Of a stretch of DNA of 45,041 nucleotides, positions 35,530-43,723 are shown one piece after another; positions within the stretch are counted from its first letter, which is position 1; every line of letters begins with the position of its first letter. Source of the stretch: Acinetobacter phage Arbor; sequence record ON237674.1; one strand, written 5' to 3'. The translations under genes and the position numbers were made by a program. Below the pieces are notes generated by a model. It worked only from the letters and a program-made list of their open reading frames with translations. It did no database searches and was not told where the DNA came from.

Positions 35530-35955
35530 ATGAAAGTATTGAAAGTTTTTGAAGGAACAGCAGAAGTGGTTGATTTTGAATTAACTACTCGAAGCTTCTT
35601 CTATAAAGGAGAAAAGTTAAAGCACGAGCCAAATAGCAAAAAAACAGGTTTGCTAGCAAAGCGCAAAGTCTCAGATGATAATGAGCCAGAATATTTCTAC
35701 AGCCTAAATAGTGACTACGTAAAAGAAAACCACCCTAAGTTATTTACAGGGATGCGTAGTGTTGACTGGCCAAAAATTATTGATGAAGTATTTAAATACA
35801 ACAACATTTCTCAACATCAGCTTGGGAATATGACTGGGATTTCAACTGCATATATTCAGTGGTTGCGTGAAGGCGTTCGCAAAAACCCAAGTTTTGAAAT
35901 GGGAATGGCTATTATAAACCTACACCCAAACAAAAAAGAACTTTTGGAAATTTAA
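35530..35955 (+). CDS. Cro/CII-like regulator with C-terminal HTH
   Basis: C-terminal ISQHQLGNMTGISTAYIQWLREG is an XRE-type HTH. First rightward gene. Confidence 0.45.
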   Translation: MKVLKVFEGTAEVVDFELTTRSFFYKGEKLKHEPNSKKTGLLAKRKVSDDNEPEYFYSLNSDYVKENHPKLFTGMRSVDWPKIIDEVFKYNNISQHQLGNMTGISTAYIQWLREGVRKNPSFEMGMAIINLHPNKKELLEI

Positions 35956-35971
35956 TAACTTATAGCAAATC

Positions 35972-35998
35972 AACCCTCCTAGTGAGGGTTTTATTTTG
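35972..35998 (+). terminator. rho-independent terminator
   Basis: CCCTCCTAGTGAGGG hairpin followed by TTTTATTTT. Confidence 0.6.
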
Positions 35999-36007
35999 CT
36001 TATATAG

Positions 36008-36022
36008 TTTACTATTGAGAAT
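36008..36022 (+). promoter_or_regulatory. Copy 3 of motif TTTACTATTGAGAAT
   Basis: Exact 15-mer, upstream of the 36060 gene. Confidence 0.5.
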
Positions 36023-36059
36023 TAATTAGGTAAGATTGTTTTTATTTGGAGTTAATAAA

Positions 36060-36308
36060 ATGAACCACGTAATTAATGACGGATTTATGAACCCTGACCG
36101 TTTTGGCTATGCGGCAATCCCTTTTAAGATTAGCGATAAAGAGCCTAGAAAGGACATAAGCCCAAATGTAATTGCAAGGTCAAATGCAAGAAGTATGGGC
36201 AAGAGATTTTATGAGCATACTAAGCCTTGCAAATGTGGTTCATTTCTAAGACGTGTTTATAATAATGAGTGTTTTGATTGTTGGAAGGAGAGCAAAAATG
36301 GCTTATGA
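36060..36308 (+). CDS. zinc-ribbon protein (CKCGS...CFDCW)
   Basis: SD TTGGAG before ATG 36060. Two Cys pairs. Confidence 0.45.
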   Translation: MNHVINDGFMNPDRFGYAAIPFKISDKEPRKDISPNVIARSNARSMGKRFYEHTKPCKCGSFLRRVYNNECFDCWKESKNGL

Positions 36309-36483
36309 TTTTAACTGTCCTTATTGTGGATTTGGGCATAACGCAGAAGATGAATTGCATGAAGATGACTGGAACAATATAGGTGAATTTGATTGCACTT
36401 GTCGATGTTGTAAAAAGTCTTTCATAATTGAAGCGCATGCAACCATATACTATGACACTATAAAGAAAAAACAGCCCCAATAG
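36298..36483 (+). CDS. zinc-ribbon protein (CPYCGF...CTCRCC)
   Basis: SD GGAAGGAG before MAYDF. Cys clusters. Confidence 0.45.
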   Translation: MAYDFNCPYCGFGHNAEDELHEDDWNNIGEFDCTCRCCKKSFIIEAHATIYYDTIKKKQPQ

Positions 36484-36500
36484 TCGGGGCTTTTTATTTG
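36473..36500 (+). terminator. rho-independent terminator
   Basis: AGCCCCAATAGTCGGGGCT hairpin followed by TTTTTATTT. Confidence 0.65.
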
Positions 36501-36545
36501 CCCTTTATATAAGTTTTTCTTATTTTGTATATTTGAATTATTTAT

Positions 36546-36574
36546 TAGACATAACTAATAAAACATCACATAAT
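36546..36574 (+). promoter_or_regulatory. sigma70-like promoter P1 (TAGACA-N17-CATAAT)
   Basis: The -35/-10 pair with 17-nt spacer is near-identical to the element at 37758..37786. Both share flanking TTATTTATTAGACA and ATAATGAC...AAAAGGAGA. Confidence 0.5.
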
Positions 36575-36603
36575 GACATCACACAAAGCAAAAGGAGATT
36601 AGA

Positions 36604-36778
36604 ATTGTCTAAGCCAGCAACTTCATTTTTATTTTTGGGTGAGCTGAAACTGCTTGAAAGTACGATTATTGAAAACACCAAGAGAACAAAAGTTCGTGAT
36701 GCTATTCGCCGATATGGTGATCGAAAGTTTAATACAACTCAAGTTGGAAACAATGTAATTGTAACTCGTATTCAGTGA
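36604..36778 (+). CDS. hypothetical small protein (TTG start)
   Basis: SD AAAAGGAGA 7 nt before TTG. The ORF-track ATG at 36533 lies inside the promoter. Confidence 0.35.
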
Positions 36779-36787
36779 GAATTAAAA

Positions 36788-37504
36788 ATGGAAAATCTAC
36801 AAGTACTTAATACCACTTCAAAGCAAATCCCACAAATGTCATCGTTAGAAATTGTGGATTTTATTAATGAATATCGTGCAAAAAATGATGATCAACCAAT
36901 TCAGCTTCGCCACGCAGACTTTATGGCGAAAGTTCAAAAGGTTCTTGGTGAGCTGAGCGAAAATTATCGTTCAGTGTATAAAGATGCAAGTGGTCGATCA
37001 TTGCCATGTTATGTATTTTATAAGCGTGAAGCGTGTCTTATGGCTATGTCTTACAGTTATGAATTGCAGGCATTGGTTTTTGATCGAATGACAGAATTGG
37101 AAAATAAATTATCAAAACCACAATTACCTGACTTCACAAATCCAGTTGAAGCAGCTCGTGCGTGGGCCGATGAAGTTGAAGCAAAACTGATTGCCCAAAA
37201 ACAATTAGAGCTTGCCGCTCCAAAGGTTGAATACTTTGACCGTGTAGCGGATGTGAATAATTACATGAATGCCACTACAGTTGGTCAAAAGGTTGGCATG
37301 AGTGGCACTACACTGAATAAGCATTTAGAGCAATTTGATGTTTACAATCGCGCCATTAAGACAGGTCGAGTATTTCAGCAGTGGTTTATCGACAAGGGCT
37401 TGGGTGTAATGAAAAAGACAGACAATGGATATAACCAATCTCGTTTTACCAACAAAGGTGAGCAGTGGGTTATCCAAAAACTAACAAGCGAGGGGATTAT
37501 TTAA
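36788..37504 (+). CDS. Rha-family / KilAC-type antirepressor-like protein
   Basis: N-terminal MSSLEIVDFINEYRAKN...LRHADFMAKV resembles the Phage_pRha family. About 238 aa. Confidence 0.5.
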   Translation: MENLQVLNTTSKQIPQMSSLEIVDFINEYRAKNDDQPIQLRHADFMAKVQKVLGELSENYRSVYKDASGRSLPCYVFYKREACLMAMSYSYELQALVFDRMTELENKLSKPQLPDFTNPVEAARAWADEVEAKLIAQKQLELAAPKVEYFDRVADVNNYMNATTVGQKVGMSGTTLNKHLEQFDVYNRAIKTGRVFQQWFIDKGLGVMKKTDNGYNQSRFTNKGEQWVIQKLTSEGII

Positions 37505-37672
37505 ATGAAAATTGAATTTGTTTATATATCTATAATCATTGGTCTTGTTCTATTTGGAATTTTTACCACTCATAACAACATAAATGATATTCGACTTGAC
37601 AGGTGTAAGGGTAAAGATGCAGGCACTCCCGTGATGGTTTATGGAAGAGCCTATACTTGTACTGGAAATTGA
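37505..37672 (+). CDS. 55-aa membrane-anchored peptide
   Basis: MKIEFVYISIIIGLVLFGIF... ATG overlaps the upstream TAA. Followed by a terminator. Confidence 0.4.
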   Translation: MKIEFVYISIIIGLVLFGIFTTHNNINDIRLDRCKGKDAGTPVMVYGRAYTCTGN

Positions 37673-37677
37673 AGAAA

Positions 37678-37705
37678 TATACGCCCATCGTGGCGTATTT
37701 TTTTA
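37678..37705 (+). terminator. rho-independent terminator
   Basis: ATACGCCCATCGTGGCGTAT hairpin followed by TTTTTTT. Confidence 0.65.
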
Positions 37706-37757
37706 TCATAAAAACTTTTGGTTATTAATTTACATACTAATCATTAAATTTATTTAT

Positions 37758-37786
37758 TAGACAATATATTATTTATATACAATAAT
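37758..37786 (+). promoter_or_regulatory. sigma70-like promoter P2 (TAGACA-N17-AATAAT)
   Basis: Twin of 36546..36574. Confidence 0.5.
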
Positions 37787-37808
37787 GACGTAACAAAAGG
37801 AGAAACAC

Positions 37809-37991
37809 ATGACAAACTTTCCATTACGCCTAGAACCTGAGTTCAAAAAAGAACTTCAACAGCTTGCCAAAAAAGACAAGCGCAGTCTAACCAAGTTTAT
37901 TGAAAAAATCCTTGAGGATTATGTTGATAACGAAAAAGCTAATGAGCGCTTAAACCAAAAGCTAATCAATGTAAATATTGATGATCTTTGA
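37809..37991 (+). CDS. ribbon-helix-helix (Arc/MetJ/CopG-type) regulator
   Basis: FPLRLEPEFKKELQQLAKKDKRSLTKFIEKIL: a beta-strand followed by two helices. Confidence 0.5.
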   Translation: MTNFPLRLEPEFKKELQQLAKKDKRSLTKFIEKILEDYVDNEKANERLNQKLINVNIDDL

Positions 37992-38002
37992 TTGGTGAAC
38001 CT

Positions 38003-38215
38003 ATGAACGAAATACCAAAAGAAGCCTTATTCTTCATGACTTGGTTTGAAAAAGAATATCCCGAATTTGTCAATCAATTTGGTGAAGTGAAAAACTTTTA
38101 TGATTCCAAATCAGATGAATTCATGATTGAAGAAATTCAAGACGCTTACATTGATCGAAAGAAAGGCAATGAACCTATGCCAATGTATTTCGGTGTTAGT
38201 GGTCAGTTTAGGTGA
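38003..38215 (+). CDS. hypothetical protein
   Basis: ATG at 38003 with GGTGA SD. The ORF-track start at 37988 is TTG. Confidence 0.4.
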   Translation: MNEIPKEALFFMTWFEKEYPEFVNQFGEVKNFYDSKSDEFMIEEIQDAYIDRKKGNEPMPMYFGVSGQFR

Positions 38216-38231
38216 CTATTAACATCTACCA

Positions 38232-38255
38232 ACGAGGGCTTAGCGCCCTTTTTTA
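38232..38255 (+). terminator. rho-independent terminator
   Basis: AGGGCTTAGCGCCCT hairpin followed by TTTTTTATTT. A TTGACA hexamer follows immediately (38256..38261). Confidence 0.6.
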
Positions 38256-38318
38256 TTTGACAAAAGACTTGCTTTGTATAAAATTTTATATAAAATATCA
38301 TGTAAACAGGAGAAAGAA

Positions 38319-38531
38319 ATGAAATTTATATCTATTAGCAGCATTCAAAAATCAAACAAAGTTATCTTAGAAAATGACGTTGTTTGTGTTCTTAAGAACA
38401 ATACTCCAGCTTTTTATACAGTGTCTGTTGAGAGGATGCAACAACTTCTTGCTATGGAAAAATCCTTAAAAGCATCAGTTAAATATCAAATAGACAAGTT
38501 ATCAGAGTCTTTATCTATTGATTCACTATAG
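38319..38531 (+). CDS. hypothetical protein with Phd/YefM-like pattern
   Basis: ISISSIQKSNKVILENDVVCVLKNNTPAFYTVSVERMQQLL resembles the antitoxin fold. SD CAGGAGAAAG before ATG 38319. Confidence 0.3.
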   Translation: MKFISISSIQKSNKVILENDVVCVLKNNTPAFYTVSVERMQQLLAMEKSLKASVKYQIDKLSESLSIDSL

Positions 38532-38541
38532 GGGGTGTTGA

Positions 38542-39285
38542 ATGTTTTATTACAAAAAAAACATTGGCGACTACTACAAAAAAACTGGTCGGCTATCAAT
38601 GCTTGAGCACGGAGCGTACACGCTTTTGATTGATGCGTGTTATGACCGTGAACGCTTCCCTACGCTTGATGAGGCTTTGGACTGGACTTGGGCAAGAACT
38701 GACGCAGAAATAGAGGCAGTTAAGTTTATTTTAAGTAAGTTCTTTACTCTTGATGGTGATATTTACGTTCAGAAACGTATTCAAGATGAACTTGATAAAT
38801 ATCACGCTATGTCTGAACAAAACTCAAGAATAGCCAAAGAGCGTGAGGAAAAACGCAGGAATCGTAAACGAATCGAGCACGAAGCGTGCACGGATGGTGA
38901 ACAAGTCGTAAACGAAGCGCCACCTAACCAAGAACCAAGAACCAAGAACCAAGAACCAAATATACATACACAGGACAAGCCTGTGAAATTTGTGTTCAAG
39001 AAGAAATTGGAAGAATTTGGAGCTGATACTAAGTTGGCTTCAGACTGGCTTGTGGTCAGAAAAGGGAAGAATGCAGCTAACACAGAAACGGCTTTGAATG
39101 GTTTTATGTCTCAAGTCGAAAAGTCTGGTCTTGATGTAAACACTGTTTTAAAGATTTGCGTTGATAACTCTTGGAGTGGTTTTAAACAAAGCTGGTTGGC
39201 AAACATAAACATGAGTGATTACTTGGAACAACCAAAACAAGTAACTGAGCAAAAAACTAATGATTTTGAGTGGGCAGAATTTTAA
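38542..39285 (+). CDS. replication initiation / primosomal protein (DUF1376, YdaU-like N-terminus)
   Basis: MFYYKKNIGDYYKKTGRLSMLEHGAYTLLID pattern of DUF1376. Immediately upstream of dnaB. Confidence 0.5.
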   Translation: MFYYKKNIGDYYKKTGRLSMLEHGAYTLLIDACYDRERFPTLDEALDWTWARTDAEIEAVKFILSKFFTLDGDIYVQKRIQDELDKYHAMSEQNSRIAKEREEKRRNRKRIEHEACTDGEQVVNEAPPNQEPRTKNQEPNIHTQDKPVKFVFKKKLEEFGADTKLASDWLVVRKGKNAANTETALNGFMSQVEKSGLDVNTVLKICVDNSWSGFKQSWLANINMSDYLEQPKQVTEQKTNDFEWAEF

Positions 39286-40586
39286 TGACTACAAATTTAC
39301 ATTCGATACCGTATGAACAATATGTTTTATCTTTCCTGATGGATGATGAAAACTCTTGGGCTAGTCTTGATGTTAAACCATGCTTAGATGATTTTTATTC
39401 TGATCGTCACAAAGAGATTTTTAAGGCAATCGAAAACCAACGCATGCTTGGAAAACCATTTGATCAAATCACAATGCTTGAGGTTTTCAAGGATTTGGGC
39501 AAATTAGATTTAATTGGTGGCGAAGAATATCTTGTTGAGATGTGTTCTGTATTTGCTGCTCCATCAGCTACAGGATTTTACATTGAAAAACTAAAAAAAC
39601 TCGCTGAATGTCGAAAAGTCGAAGAGGTTGGCAAAAAGATTATCGAGTTGGCTCAAAACACTATGCAAGAGGATATGCCTGGAATCGCACAGGAGCTTGC
39701 TAGCGGGCTGGAAAGTGTTTTGGCTACTGACACTAGGATTGATATTGCAAATAGCTCTGCTGAGGCTCTGAGAGTGCTTAGCGAGAAGATTCAGCACAAG
39801 ACAAGCAAAGACGGGTTAGCCTATGGTGTAAATACTGGATTGCATAATTTAGATGCTTTGCTTGGTGACATTGAGCCAAGTCATTTTTGTGTGATTGCTG
39901 CTGCACCGGGTGGCGGTAAAACCACAATGGCTCAGATGATTGCTCTGAATGCAGTAAAGCGCAATGATGTGCCATGCTTGTTTATATCTTGTGAAATGGC
40001 TCACTACGAGCTTACTAGTCGTATTGTGAGTGCTGTCGGGCGAATACCTTTTGATAATATTCAAAGCGGGAGAATGGAATCTGATGATTTTGAGAGATGG
40101 GTTCAAACTACTGCACATGAACTGCAAAAATACAAACTTGATATTGTTGATAAAGCGGGTATTACAATCAATGAAATTCGTGGTGAGATTAAAAAATCAA
40201 TTGCTAAGCATGGGTCAATTGGGTGTGTAATTGTTGATTATATTCAATTGTTGAATGACCCAAATTCTAAAGATCAATTTGAGAGAATTTCAAATGTATC
40301 TACTGGCTTAAAGCGAATAGCAAAAGATTTTAAAGTTCCTGTTATTGGCTTGTCTCAATTAACAAAAGAGGCGCAGGGTAGAAAAATTACTATGTCTGAT
40401 TTGCGTGGATCCGGTCAGATTTCGCAAGATGCCGACAAGATTATTTTGTTATCCCCTGCTTCAAATGAGGTTGGTGTTGTAACTGCTGAAGTTGCAAAGA
40501 ATAGACAAGGTATGAAAGGTGAAGCTAGATTACAAACTAGATTTAATTATTGCCAATTTGCGGCACCAAAAATAGAGGATTTTTAA
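39270..40586 (+). CDS. dnaB: DnaB-family replicative helicase
   Basis: Walker A AAPGGGKTTMAQMIALNA. Motifs ISCEMAHYELTSRI, SQLTKEAQGR. 438 aa. Confidence 0.8.
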   Translation: MGRILMTTNLHSIPYEQYVLSFLMDDENSWASLDVKPCLDDFYSDRHKEIFKAIENQRMLGKPFDQITMLEVFKDLGKLDLIGGEEYLVEMCSVFAAPSATGFYIEKLKKLAECRKVEEVGKKIIELAQNTMQEDMPGIAQELASGLESVLATDTRIDIANSSAEALRVLSEKIQHKTSKDGLAYGVNTGLHNLDALLGDIEPSHFCVIAAAPGGGKTTMAQMIALNAVKRNDVPCLFISCEMAHYELTSRIVSAVGRIPFDNIQSGRMESDDFERWVQTTAHELQKYKLDIVDKAGITINEIRGEIKKSIAKHGSIGCVIVDYIQLLNDPNSKDQFERISNVSTGLKRIAKDFKVPVIGLSQLTKEAQGRKITMSDLRGSGQISQDADKIILLSPASNEVGVVTAEVAKNRQGMKGEARLQTRFNYCQFAAPKIEDF

Positions 40587-40853
40587 ATGAATTTAATTGA
40601 AAATTTGGGTGGTTATAAAGCTGTTAAGGCTAAATCTGAAAGCGATATTCTATACGGAGAAAAGATTTATCTTAAACGTGCGCTTTTAGAATACCGCCGA
40701 CAAAACAATATTTTTGAAATAGGCGACCTTGTTGTATTTAAGGAGGAATATAGCAAGGATAGTGTTATTCATAAGATTGACAGTTTGCGTGCAGGCACTA
40801 AGTGTTTACGTCATGCAACGGATGAAGAGATAGAGAAGGGGTGTAGAGTATGA
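40587..40853 (+). CDS. hypothetical protein
   Basis: 88 aa, coupled. Confidence 0.4.
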   Translation: MNLIENLGGYKAVKAKSESDILYGEKIYLKRALLEYRRQNNIFEIGDLVVFKEEYSKDSVIHKIDSLRAGTKCLRHATDEEIEKGCRV

Positions 40854-41140
40854 AAAATATACTAAAATCTTGGTTTAGAAAATCAGATGATGGGTTTTAT
40901 AAATTCCATAAAATGATGTGCGAATCGTTTGTTGAGCAAACATGTTTTTATGATTCAGAATATAAGACAAGGGTTGTTCTAATAAGTTCGATTTGTTGGG
41001 ATGGTGATTTTATGACTTCGAATTATGAATTTGTTGCGGTTAGTAAGGTTGGCTTGCGTCAGCGTTATTACCCAAACAGAGTTGTCTTAAATATATTTGA
41101 TGCGAGATTTCGGATTAAACCCATAATCGCATGCAAATAG
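40850..41140 (+). CDS. hypothetical protein
   Basis: 96 aa, coupled. Confidence 0.4.
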   Translation: MKNILKSWFRKSDDGFYKFHKMMCESFVEQTCFYDSEYKTRVVLISSICWDGDFMTSNYEFVAVSKVGLRQRYYPNRVVLNIFDARFRIKPIIACK

Positions 41141-41160
41141 TTCAAAAAACAGTTGCAATT

Positions 41161-41188
41161 ATTCTCAATAGTGTTTACTATTGAGAAT
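41161..41188. promoter_or_regulatory. Copy 4 of the motif, here as a perfect inverted repeat ATTCTCAATAGT-gttt-ACTATTGAGAAT
   Basis: 12-bp arms are exact reverse complements. Located 24 nt before the Imm-like gene. Confidence 0.55.
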
Positions 41189-41211
41189 ATAAATTAACAG
41201 AGAGTTTTATT

Positions 41212-41424
41212 ATGGAATTGGTTTTAGTTGTTTCAGTAATTATGTATTTAGCGCCTAGCATTATTGGTTTTATGCGTGGGCATGCAAGTAAATGGGCAAT
41301 CCTTGCAATGAATTTGTTTTTGGGTTGGTCTGTTTTGTTCTGGTTCTGGAGCTTATTCTGGTCATTATCAAATAAGGGTGGCAATCAAACAGTGATCGTA
41401 AATAATCAGATCAACAGCAAATGA
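41212..41424 (+). CDS. superinfection immunity protein (Imm-like, PF14373-type membrane protein)
   Basis: YLAPSIIGFMRGHASKWAILAMNLFLGWSVLFWFWSLFWSL matches the conserved core of T4 Imm-family proteins. Confidence 0.55.
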   Translation: MELVLVVSVIMYLAPSIIGFMRGHASKWAILAMNLFLGWSVLFWFWSLFWSLSNKGGNQTVIVNNQINSK

Positions 41425-41534
41425 GCAAAGAGTTTATGGAATTTGCAAAAGTCATGATTTTGTTTTATCTAATCGTGATTTTTGCAGTAATGGGGTTAAG
41501 TAAGTTAATTCATAATATAGTGTGGGGTGTGTGA
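41421..41534 (+). CDS. 37-aa membrane peptide
   Basis: ATGA-coupled to the Imm-like gene. Single TM helix. Confidence 0.3.
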   Translation: MSKEFMEFAKVMILFYLIVIFAVMGLSKLIHNIVWGV

Positions 41535-42301
41535 TGGAAAATTATAAAATTCGTGTAAATAATGAAGCTAGAGCAGATGAAGCAAAGGAGCTATTTAAAA
41601 AGCTTGGTTATCATCCTGATAATTCTTCATATAAGCCATATGTAGAATGGATTGCAGTTTTTGAAGATGGTAGCGGAAGTTTTTATAGCCGCAATGTGAA
41701 TTTGGATGAGTGCGTAGAAATTACTATAGCTCAACTCCGCGACCTTGTTGTGTTGAAGCGTAATGATGTGAGTGATGCTAATTACATAAGTAAAAGCGTC
41801 CTAGATGGGTTCTACTTTAAAAGCTGTGATGGGATTTTTTACTTTATGTTTGAGGGCAAGTGGGTGAGATCAACAACTAATACAGATGAAGGGCTGGAGC
41901 CTATTACTAAAGGCTCAGATTTGATTAGCGGTGCGGATGCTTTGCGAGCTTTGGCAGATGGCGCAAATCCAGAAGACATTGAAATTAGATTTTCAAACGG
42001 TTATACAACGTCATTTATCTCAACGGATGGCAAGCTTGGTTTTATTGTTAGACACTTAAATGAAAAACTGTTCCGACTTAAACCCAAAACCATCAAGCTT
42101 GAACTTGAGCTACCGAAGCCTTTTGAGCCGAAAGAAGATTGTTACGTCTACATCATTGATGACTATCAAGTTTCTGGGTATAGAAAATATTACTTTGAGG
42201 TTAAACATGATAACCAACTTGGTTCCATTGGTGCATGGCGCACTGAAGCAGAAGTAAAGCAAGTCATAGAGCAACTTAGAAAAATCAAAGGTGCTGTATG
42301 A
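41534..42301 (+). CDS. hypothetical protein (256 aa)
   Basis: ATG at 41534 overlapping the upstream stop. Consistent coding frame. Confidence 0.45.
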   Translation: MENYKIRVNNEARADEAKELFKKLGYHPDNSSYKPYVEWIAVFEDGSGSFYSRNVNLDECVEITIAQLRDLVVLKRNDVSDANYISKSVLDGFYFKSCDGIFYFMFEGKWVRSTTNTDEGLEPITKGSDLISGADALRALADGANPEDIEIRFSNGYTTSFISTDGKLGFIVRHLNEKLFRLKPKTIKLELELPKPFEPKEDCYVYIIDDYQVSGYRKYYFEVKHDNQLGSIGAWRTEAEVKQVIEQLRKIKGAV

Positions 42302-42873
42302 AAAAGCGTAAGAAAAAATACAACGGGAAGCAAGTTGTAAAGCAGAAGGTTCACAAGTTTCAAATGACTTGGGAGGTTAATGAGGCTAAAAATATTATTG
42401 AGCTTCATCACTTGCTTAATGGTGTGGATCCGCAAGAGTCTACTCATACTCCTCTTAAAGTTTGGATGAAGGCGCATAAGGGTGATCTAGCTTTAGCATT
42501 AAAAACGCAGACGATACCAGCAGAGCAAAGTTTTCATATCGTTAGTCGTATTCATGCGGTTAATGAGAAGACAGGCGAAACGGTTGACTGTGAGTTTCAA
42601 TTGGCTACTGATACTGTTATGCATTTGTGGCAGTTCTTGGGTGATGTTGAATCTGATATTTATGTCAATGATGGTGGTTTTAAAAAGAAATGGCTTGGCT
42701 TTAATCATGAGCTTGAAGCTTATTTGAAAGAAGTGGGTAACGGTGAATTTGTGGTTAAGACTAATCATTGTTGCTTAACGTGCTTTTCAACATTCAAAAG
42801 CTTTAGACATGAAATGGAATTTAAATCAATTAAGTTAATGAATCCTGAGTTTGGATTAGGAGTTGAGGGATGA
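42298..42873 (+). CDS. hypothetical protein (191 aa), Lys-rich N-terminus
   Basis: ATGA-coupled. Confidence 0.45.
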   Translation: MKKRKKKYNGKQVVKQKVHKFQMTWEVNEAKNIIELHHLLNGVDPQESTHTPLKVWMKAHKGDLALALKTQTIPAEQSFHIVSRIHAVNEKTGETVDCEFQLATDTVMHLWQFLGDVESDIYVNDGGFKKKWLGFNHELEAYLKEVGNGEFVVKTNHCCLTCFSTFKSFRHEMEFKSIKLMNPEFGLGVEG

Positions 42874-43043
42874 GTTTAAAAAAGTTACGTGACAAGATTA
42901 ATGGGTCTGAGCCTTTGATTGATGGAGAAACGAAAGAAATGCTAATAGAGCAATGGAAAAAGATTCACATTGAGCTAGAAGCTAAGAAATCATTGGATGA
43001 AAGAAACTATATTGAATTTAATAAAGAAGAAGATTTATTGTGA
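42870..43043 (+). CDS. hypothetical small protein (57 aa)
   Basis: ATGA-coupled. Charged helical peptide. Confidence 0.35.
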   Translation: MSLKKLRDKINGSEPLIDGETKEMLIEQWKKIHIELEAKKSLDERNYIEFNKEEDLL

Positions 43044-43134
43044 TATAATCCTTGTGTGTCTAGGCTGATCCCCGAATAGCGTTTAACCTGAACGTGTGGC
43101 ACATATCTACATCAGGTTTCAATGAGGATTGAAT

Positions 43135-43719
43135 ATGAGTAAGCTAGTTTGTGGTTATGGTTTGAATGATAAAACCAGGCCTTCATACATAAATGGTGTG
43201 GAAGTAAAAGAGTATTTGCATTGGGCAAGTATGATTAAAAGATGTGACAAAAAGAATATTTCAAAAAAATTTATGCATTATATTGATTGCGAAGTATCTG
43301 ATAACTTTAAAAATTACTCTTATTTTTATGATTGGTGTCAAGAGCAAATAGGTTTTGAAAATAAAGGATGGCAACTAGATAAAGATTTGCTAATTAAGGG
43401 GAATAAAATTTATTCAGAAGATACTTGTGTATTTATCCCAAAAGAAATAAACCTTCTTTTGACTAAGCGTAAGAACGATAGAGGTGAATTTCCTATAGGT
43501 GTTTTTTTTGAGAAAAAACCACAAAGATTTAGAGCTCAAATATCTATGCATGGGAAAAGATATTTTCTTGGGTACTTTGATAGCGAAATTGAGGCCTTTA
43601 ATGTTTACAAAGAGAAAAAGGAATCTCATATTAAGTGTATCGCTGAAAATTATAAAGAAGTTATTGATATTAGAGCTTACAACGCCTTAATGAGTTATAG
43701 CGTAGAAATTGGAGATTAG
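43135..43719 (+). CDS. AP2-domain DNA-binding protein (homing-endonuclease-associated type)
   Basis: GVFFEKKPQRFRAQISMHGKRYFLGYFDSEIEAFNVY matches the AP2/ERF-like fold pattern. SD GAGGA before ATG 43135. Confidence 0.5.
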   Translation: MSKLVCGYGLNDKTRPSYINGVEVKEYLHWASMIKRCDKKNISKKFMHYIDCEVSDNFKNYSYFYDWCQEQIGFENKGWQLDKDLLIKGNKIYSEDTCVFIPKEINLLLTKRKNDRGEFPIGVFFEKKPQRFRAQISMHGKRYFLGYFDSEIEAFNVYKEKKESHIKCIAENYKEVIDIRAYNALMSYSVEIGD

Positions 43720-43723
43720 AAAA

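Noticed and set aside
40030-40230. ORFs 39591..40127(-) and 40030..40230(+) inside dnaB
   Set aside because: Embedded in a confident helicase CDS.
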